Shown here: in pieces, positions 29,201 through 33,565 of the stretch | How positions within the stretch are numbered: the first letter of the stretch is position 1 | How the letters are laid out: each line of letters begins with the position of its first letter | Origin: Faecalimonas sp. | GTDB lineage: Bacteria > Bacillota > Clostridia > Lachnospirales > Lachnospiraceae | Reading direction: 5' to 3' | Assembly: GCA_036307525.1 (NCBI GenBank) | Contig: JAXJXL010000025.1 | Span: forward strand, 1-33,565 | DNA: 33,565 bases | The notes under the pieces: model-generated | Database searches by the model: none | What the model was told of the DNA's origin: nothing | The model's input: the letters and a program-made list of their open reading frames with translations, nothing else | Position numbers and translations under genes: made by a program

Positions 29201-32200
29201 CATTTTCTTTAATATTGCCGTTATCATCAATCATGTCATTGAGAGCTGTTGAAGTAATTCCACTGTTCAACAATAAATCTACGACTGTACTTACATAGAT
29301 ACCGTTGCTGTCCTTGAATGTTTTGTTACCAAGTCCAACATATGACTGATTTACAAGTACCGTTACAATCTTCTCAAGTGCTCCGGTAATATTCTTATCA
29401 AATGCATTCATTCTCAATACAATTGAGATATTACCGTGTGCATCTTCGAACGGAACGAAGCTTGCTACACCCGCCATACCGCTTGTGCTTAATTCACTGT
29501 TTAGGCTGGTGATTAAGTTGATAACTCGCTCACGCTTCACATCAACTTTTTCTCTGACAACGGTGTATGTGTCATTTACGCCATATAAAGCATCAAATTC
29601 TTGCGCTGTCAATGTGATTGTTACGGATTTATCTGTAACTTCAATTCTTCTCGTTCCTACTACATAGTAATATTTATAATCTGCACTTGCACTTGCCGGC
29701 AATGTGATACGACGATTATCGTATGTGAATGTCTGGTCTGCTTCGCCGTCAATCTTCAATGTGTATGAATTCGGTGCCCATGTATATATAACTTCTACAG
29801 TTCCTGCAAGTGCCGTATCTGCTTCTGGTAATGTACCTTCTACTGTACATGTATAATGAACTTTATCAATTGCCAAAGCTGCTTCAAATTCTGTTACCTT
29901 TGCTAAAAATGCAGCAATGTCACCTGCTGACATTCCGGTTGCTCTTGCAAAGGAATCTTCATAAGACTTAATTGCTGAGCTTGCAATATTACCGTTTCCG
30001 TCTGCAACCTGTACGACTACTTTTACAAGCGCTCTTGAAGGGGCTGTCTTTGAAAATGTTGTAGTTAAGTACAGATCTTTTTCTGTTGTACGTGCTGATA
30101 CAGTACCTTTAGACAAGATTGCTGTTAATAAGGATTCAAATGCGCCGTTGTTAACATTAATCTTTTCATGTTTTGCCGGGAACTTATCTGTCAAGATATT
30201 TAATTTTTCTTCAACGCCTTCCAGCTTCTCAATATAGTCTGACATATTGAAACTCTTCAATACTCCTGGAAGCTTGTCGTCTTTTACGATAACACCCATA
30301 TTCCGTGCAACCATTGCAGCCTGTGCTTTCAATGTTGCATAAGTGTTATTATTATAGTAGAAAGACAATCTCTCTACATCTGTCTTAAGTTCTTTATACT
30401 GATCAATGTAATCAGATAAAATTAAAATCAATACGTTCTCTGAGTTTGTTTTACATCCCTGTTCTACAATCTCTTTAATCGCTGCCTGCGAATCTTCATT
30501 CAGTTGAGAACTTACTGTTTCTAGCAAACCACCTGTGATAAGGTCTAGTTCTGCTTCGTAACCAGCCAATGTCTTGAGGTCTGCAAGTTGTTGTGTTGCA
30601 TCGTCAACCAATGTCTTTGGAAGATTTAACGCCTCTAACAAAGCATTGTCTGCGAAGTCTACTTTCAACTTGTAAACAGCTTCTACAGTTGTGAAATCAT
30701 CTGCTGTAATAGCAGCCTTGCCGTTTGCGTCAAATGATGTGATTGTCTCAACAACTTCCGTTCCATTCTTAACATATACTGTAGTTGGAACCCATCTCAT
30801 TCCATAACCTGCATCGTATTCGATTGCAACTACTTCTTCAATGCCATTCAATGTCACAAGTTTTTCCTCTGCCATACGAATGTGAATGTAATCACTATCT
30901 AATGCCAGGTTGCGAAGAATTGCTGCTTCTTTCTCTGTTAATTCATAATCTGATACTACAATGTCATAGATTCTGTTCGGTGTCTTTGCTTTTCCAAGTG
31001 TTCTGGAAACTTCTACGTCTCCTACTACACGGTATTTTGCACCTTCTTCGTAGAATCCACTCTCACCTGCTACTCTGTACTCATATGTCTGACCTTCTAC
31101 AGTTGATAATGGGAATGTAATCTCTGTACCATATGGAACAGTTACATCTGTCAATTCTCCATCTGTATAGTTTACAGTATAATTTTTCGGTGAGTATGTA
31201 ATTGTATAAGTTTCGTCTTCTGTCAATGTATCGCTCAAGGTTGAGTCAATATCACGCTTATAATGTTCTTCTCCAACTGCAAACAGTGGATTTTCTTCAT
31301 TAAGAATTGCTACCGTACTGTCCTCAATACCATTTGCCTCGATTGCCGCAAGAACTTCAGCTTTTTTCACGCCACCTGCCAGATTCACAGTTGTTGTTGC
31401 TGTCTTCACAGTCTGTACTGCATTTGTAGCATCTACTGCTTTGATTACAACCTGTACTGATACATTGTAACGGTTCACGTTACATTCTATTTCTGTGGAT
31501 GACGCCCAAAGTGTCTTCTGAATCTCCACGTCATGTGTTTGACTCTTGCCAATCGCTGCAGCAACAAGTGCATCAAATGCCTGATGTTGCTCATCACTAA
31601 GTCCGCTCTTTAATACAGGGCTGTTCTCATTGAGAGTTAAAATATCCCAATTGCTCTCAACTGCCGGAGCCAACTTTTCAATAATCTCATTTAAGACATC
31701 TACTTGGTCACCAAGTGCATATTTAATCATATCTTGCGAAACAAGGTATGCAAGGTCATCACTTACGCCCTTTGCGCATGCTTTGTATTCTGTTCCATAA
31801 GTCAAAAGATTGTCTACTTTTCTCGTTGCTTTATTATAACCACTGTCTCTTGAAAGTAATTCAGCAAGTTCTGACTGATTATAAGTTGCTTTTTGTTGCA
31901 ACCAAGATTCAACAATTTGTTTGGTTCTGCCGCTAAACTGTATGATAGATGTACCATCTATATACTGTTCCAATTCCGGCGCAACATATTTTACGATTGT
32001 ATTTAATGAAGATGTCGCACTCTTGATTGCATTCATATTATTCATTGCATCTGCAAAATAATATGGCAAATTCATATAAGTCTTTTGCAAATCTTCATCT
32101 ACATCAATATACACATTATAAGTAACGATTACCGTGTAACCGTCACCCACATAATCGAAAGCCTTACTTGCATCGTATGACTCTCCTTCGTATGTATATT

Positions 32201-32585
32201 TACCTTTTGTCAACTCGACAGTCTCTACTGTCTCATTTTCTACTACAATTTCAGCTGTCTCTGCATACCACACATAATTACCTGACTTGTAATCTTTTGC
32301 GTAGATAACCTTGTTGTCTGAATCTACTGCTGTCAATTTGTCGTCAGCTGTTGGTGCTATAATGTCGTATGCGGAACCGCTAATTGCATCGCTATACAAT
32401 ATACCCTTTTCCTCTGCTGATAATTGATCGTAATTACTTGCAATAAGCGAACCATCGGTAAGCACTATGTCACCTTCCGAATTTCCAGCACTCAATGTAA
32501 TGACACCGCTAAGGTCTGCCGATGTAAATACCATCACCAAGACTAGAATTGCTGCCATACATCTCTTCATTACACCTTTCTTCAT
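26247..32585 (-). CDS. 2112-aa secreted protein with an internal ~495-aa duplication, His/Cys repeats and a C-terminal dockerin-like domain
   Basis: N-terminal signal peptide; ends GDVNSDGQILPNDATIILKNCVG..LNSTEGVDPGDATIVLKKAVG (duplicated dockerin pattern); SD AAGGAG. Confidence 0.85.
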   Translation of the reverse strand: MKKGVMKRCMAAILVLVMVFTSADLSGVITLSAGNSEGDIVLTDGSLIASNYDQLSAEEKGILYSDAISGSAYDIIAPTADDKLTAVDSDNKVIYAKDYKSGNYVWYAETAEIVVENETVETVELTKGKYTYEGESYDASKAFDYVGDGYTVIVTYNVYIDVDEDLQKTYMNLPYYFADAMNNMNAIKSATSSLNTIVKYVAPELEQYIDGTSIIQFSGRTKQIVESWLQQKATYNQSELAELLSRDSGYNKATRKVDNLLTYGTEYKACAKGVSDDLAYLVSQDMIKYALGDQVDVLNEIIEKLAPAVESNWDILTLNENSPVLKSGLSDEQHQAFDALVAAAIGKSQTHDVEIQKTLWASSTEIECNVNRYNVSVQVVIKAVDATNAVQTVKTATTTVNLAGGVKKAEVLAAIEANGIEDSTVAILNEENPLFAVGEEHYKRDIDSTLSDTLTEDETYTITYSPKNYTVNYTDGELTDVTVPYGTEITFPLSTVEGQTYEYRVAGESGFYEEGAKYRVVGDVEVSRTLGKAKTPNRIYDIVVSDYELTEKEAAILRNLALDSDYIHIRMAEEKLVTLNGIEEVVAIEYDAGYGMRWVPTTVYVKNGTEVVETITSFDANGKAAITADDFTTVEAVYKLKVDFADNALLEALNLPKTLVDDATQQLADLKTLAGYEAELDLITGGLLETVSSQLNEDSQAAIKEIVEQGCKTNSENVLILILSDYIDQYKELKTDVERLSFYYNNNTYATLKAQAAMVARNMGVIVKDDKLPGVLKSFNMSDYIEKLEGVEEKLNILTDKFPAKHEKINVNNGAFESLLTAILSKGTVSARTTEKDLYLTTTFSKTAPSRALVKVVVQVADGNGNIASSAIKSYEDSFARATGMSAGDIAAFLAKVTEFEAALAIDKVHYTCTVEGTLPEADTALAGTVEVIYTWAPNSYTLKIDGEADQTFTYDNRRITLPASASADYKYYYVVGTRRIEVTDKSVTITLTAQEFDALYGVNDTYTVVREKVDVKRERVINLITSLNSELSTSGMAGVASFVPFEDAHGNISIVLRMNAFDKNITGALEKIVTVLVNQSYVGLGNKTFKDSNGIYVSTVVDLLLNSGITSTALNDMIDDNGNIKENVKDQVKGQTVIVDAASGIPATDQLGGLLMETTFSISQGEAGMPLYISLQDYDANAAELKKVNSALDKLAPYAVIELKEGAAHATVTAPEKAHELLMAAMLVEGEVDLKDFKTPSFVNIVEYLDELGLGPILKSEDVTADTLLNSVAQLSAGTDLSGYKDTLKTVLSILRQLLDDSFENPEITSVNVEGQDKDLYAVEVSCPTSTIVRAANLPEGIANLLIGDVNVPVNVRLTNCNKEYAAVVVDIKAEGIQNKVDFTTAKDIVTKNENSVVVVLNDIDSITVNGKTFVDLNGNAVQTLNANAAVTVFDSTLSSEQAGTIVTVNGQENVTLTAGTYADDVSSMLPDGYVQVDKVVSNRFYRLVKDADENITIELSADFLDVQDAVAWKKIAMEMAVDVALNAYTWAGVTVSGVEKYDIYEIEILDAIAAYKAGLGQLASNLVEEINCDGIEAFANDLIDKLTDFTALQNAIETDTAIVEYNLITKPWNVVLEKAANADYLTANIIAGEVTERTITIKVAGEEQDKKDLAALCEELALIFGDTIDIELFLDDLTYDASKGLTLAGLTYEVGADISATADLSKKDYVAVIGTIMAYGMNDSDAMVAATNKYFTEGVTTDLVALIENMTAAQMIASFKKANGVPFTEMITELGINDEDGKLAELQSIYEDALNICYKLINVLKISGGTQKLVSLKTDEFGTYNVTKESWHRMNLDLTLILADEVLHSHTSGTPVQENVVGASCTAPGSYDEVVYCDVCGEELSRETKPIAPLPHDLKKVEKEPATTESTGTKEHWVCNVCGKLFADAEGTVEVKAEDLVIPKLEVPDILVPTVKDSENLNAVKVLDKHIYIDVTSEEGIKQDDLLKAIMFQATNEGVITYKFSDEAINLVQTGETLTITATNEDGTDVETYTFIVLGDVNSDGQILPNDATIILKNCVGNVGNTIDFATSKYAKLAAMLNSTEGVDPGDATIVLKKAVGKSYTTWLDE

Positions 32586-32708
32586 TTCCCTTCTCCTTCT
32601 TTCTCTTTGCTTCTATCGTTTTTGACATCATCTTTCCATTACTATTTTTCGATGATTACATCACTGTTTAACAGAAAAAAGAATCTCTTAATACTTTTAC
32701 AAATTGTA

Positions 32709-32909
32709 CTAGTATTTCTTAGACAAAAACAAAGACAACCATAATCTTTGCTTTTCCTGAATCCAATATCTCTTTTCTTCCCCTTGAGTCCTCTTAATCT
32801 CGCAACGTAAATATTTTAACTCCGTTATAAAATCCGACAACCATTGTGAAAAAGTGCTGCCTACTATAATTATAAAAATAATAAGAAATACAATAATAAA
32901 AACATACAC
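32709..32909 (-). CDS. Small membrane protein (66 aa)
   Basis: Hydrophobic N-terminus followed by an amphipathic charged helix; AGGAAGG upstream of GTG; 2 nt after the upstream stop. Confidence 0.55.
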   Translation of the reverse strand: MYVFIIVFLIIFIIIVGSTFSQWLSDFITELKYLRCEIKRTQGEEKRYWIQEKQRLWLSLFLSKKY

Positions 32910-32911
32910 AT

Positions 32912-33061
32912 CTAGCCCTTCCTTCTAGTTTTTTTCGTTAATTCCTTTTCTTGCTCCTTATCAAATTCTTTTCTTTGATTGCTTTTTCCTCTGGCAAAGA
33001 TACAACAAACTAATATAAACGATAACCCCAAAAATGCAATTACAACTTCTGCCACTATCAT
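32912..33061 (-). CDS. Small single-TM protein (49 aa), absent from the ORF track
   Basis: MIVAEVVIAFLGLSFILVCCIFARGKSNQRKEFDKEQEKELTKKTRRKG. The strong SD lies in front of an in-frame ATG at 33082 that is interrupted by TGA at codon 4. Confidence 0.45.
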   Translation of the reverse strand: MIVAEVVIAFLGLSFILVCCIFARGKSNQRKEFDKEQEKELTKKTRRKG

Positions 33062-33123
33062 ATATATAATTCATCTCGGCATTTTACTCCTCCTTTTCTC
33101 TCACAATACCCCTATTTTGTAAT

Positions 33124-33264
33124 TTAGGTCTTTGGTATACCGATTCTTTCGGTGCAAGTCAAGATAAATCGGTAGTTTAATCGGGAATAAATCATCATGC
33201 CTGCTGCCACCAGCACAATCGCCCAGACAAATATTTTTTTGATGATGTTTATTACTTTCTTCAT
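33124..33264 (-). pseudogene. 46-aa ORF, possibly the truncated N-terminus of a third SipW-type peptidase
   Basis: SD TAAGGAG plus ATG; MKKVINIIKKIFVWAIVLVAAGMMI.. resembles from memory the first TM of clostridial SipW-type peptidases, then stops. Confidence 0.35.
33135..33174 (-). promoter_or_regulatory. Putative promoter with overlapping operator-like inverted repeats
   Basis: Minus strand TTGACT-N17-TATACC; TACCGATT..AATCGGTA arms bracket it and ACCGA-N5-TCGGT lies in the spacer. Confidence 0.4.
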
Positions 33265-33313
33265 AAATAACTCCTTATATTACTCGACGTCGCATGTATA
33301 CACATGCGCCTAT

Positions 33314-33517
33314 TTATTCAATGTACGGACTGCCACGATGTAACTTTCGGCGACACGACGCACATAATTGACCACATCCTTGAATATAATCTTCTCTTCC
33401 TTCAATTGGCGTTGTAACTGGGATTTTTGTTTCTGCTCCACAAAGTACACACTTCTCATATACTATTTCTTGCCTCGGACAGAGGATTCTTTGTAGATAT
33501 TTTTTAAGTCCTATCAT
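33314..33517 (-). CDS. Small putative zinc-binding protein (67 aa)
   Basis: CVLC..GCGQLCASC (two CxxC pairs); AAGGA upstream of the ATG. Confidence 0.6.
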   Translation of the reverse strand: MIGLKKYLQRILCPRQEIVYEKCVLCGAETKIPVTTPIEGREDYIQGCGQLCASCRRKLHRGSPYIE

Positions 33518-33565
33518 GCTGTCATTCCTTTGCTGTTCTTTAACATAATTCTTATTATGTAGTGA

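Noticed and set aside
304..31936. Numerous short plus-strand ORFs (e.g. 3401..3853, 11786..12223, 15494..15886) and nested minus-strand alternative-frame ORFs
   Set aside because: They lie antisense to or inside long, well-supported genes and show no recognisable motifs; they look like shadow ORFs.
3574..32585. Sortase-assembled pilus or cellulosome
   Set aside because: No sortase, no convincing LPXTG before the TM anchors, no recognisable glycoside hydrolase, and only one cohesin-like domain.
32586..32708. c-di-GMP riboswitch upstream of the operon
   Set aside because: Looked for because of the HD-GYP/EAL gene, but no GEMM-like two-hairpin pattern is visible. An Rfam scan would be decisive.

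Overview
A Clostridia/Lachnospiraceae-like genomic window in which every credible gene is on the minus strand. The left end carries the 5' tip of a probable IMP cyclohydrolase, a GreA/GreB factor, an orphan HipA-like kinase and a frameshifted Rpn (PD-(D/E)XK) nuclease gene that keeps an intact internal small ORF. The main feature is a tightly packed ~29-kb, 16-gene operon-like cluster (32585 to 3574) encoding a cell-surface apparatus: two SipW-type (Ser/His) signal peptidases, seven proteins with SipW-cognate (TasA/CalY-like) signal peptides, and a membrane-anchored paralog of those substrates. It also encodes a 2112-aa dockerin-tailed protein beside a membrane-anchored cohesin-like/FIVAR protein, a doubly degenerate HD-GYP+EAL protein and a BspA-type LRR protein. 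In the middle sits a membrane-tethered McrB-like AAA+ NTPase with a DUF2357 (McrC N-terminal-like) partner whose nuclease domain appears replaced by a long charged helix. Best hypothesis (inference, untested): a multi-subunit SipW-processed filament/pilus system that has co-opted a nuclease-less McrBC-type motor, is possibly c-di-GMP-regulated and is linked to a non-cellulosomal cohesin-dockerin anchor. All family calls come from motifs read by eye; no database searches were run, so novelty is unverified.
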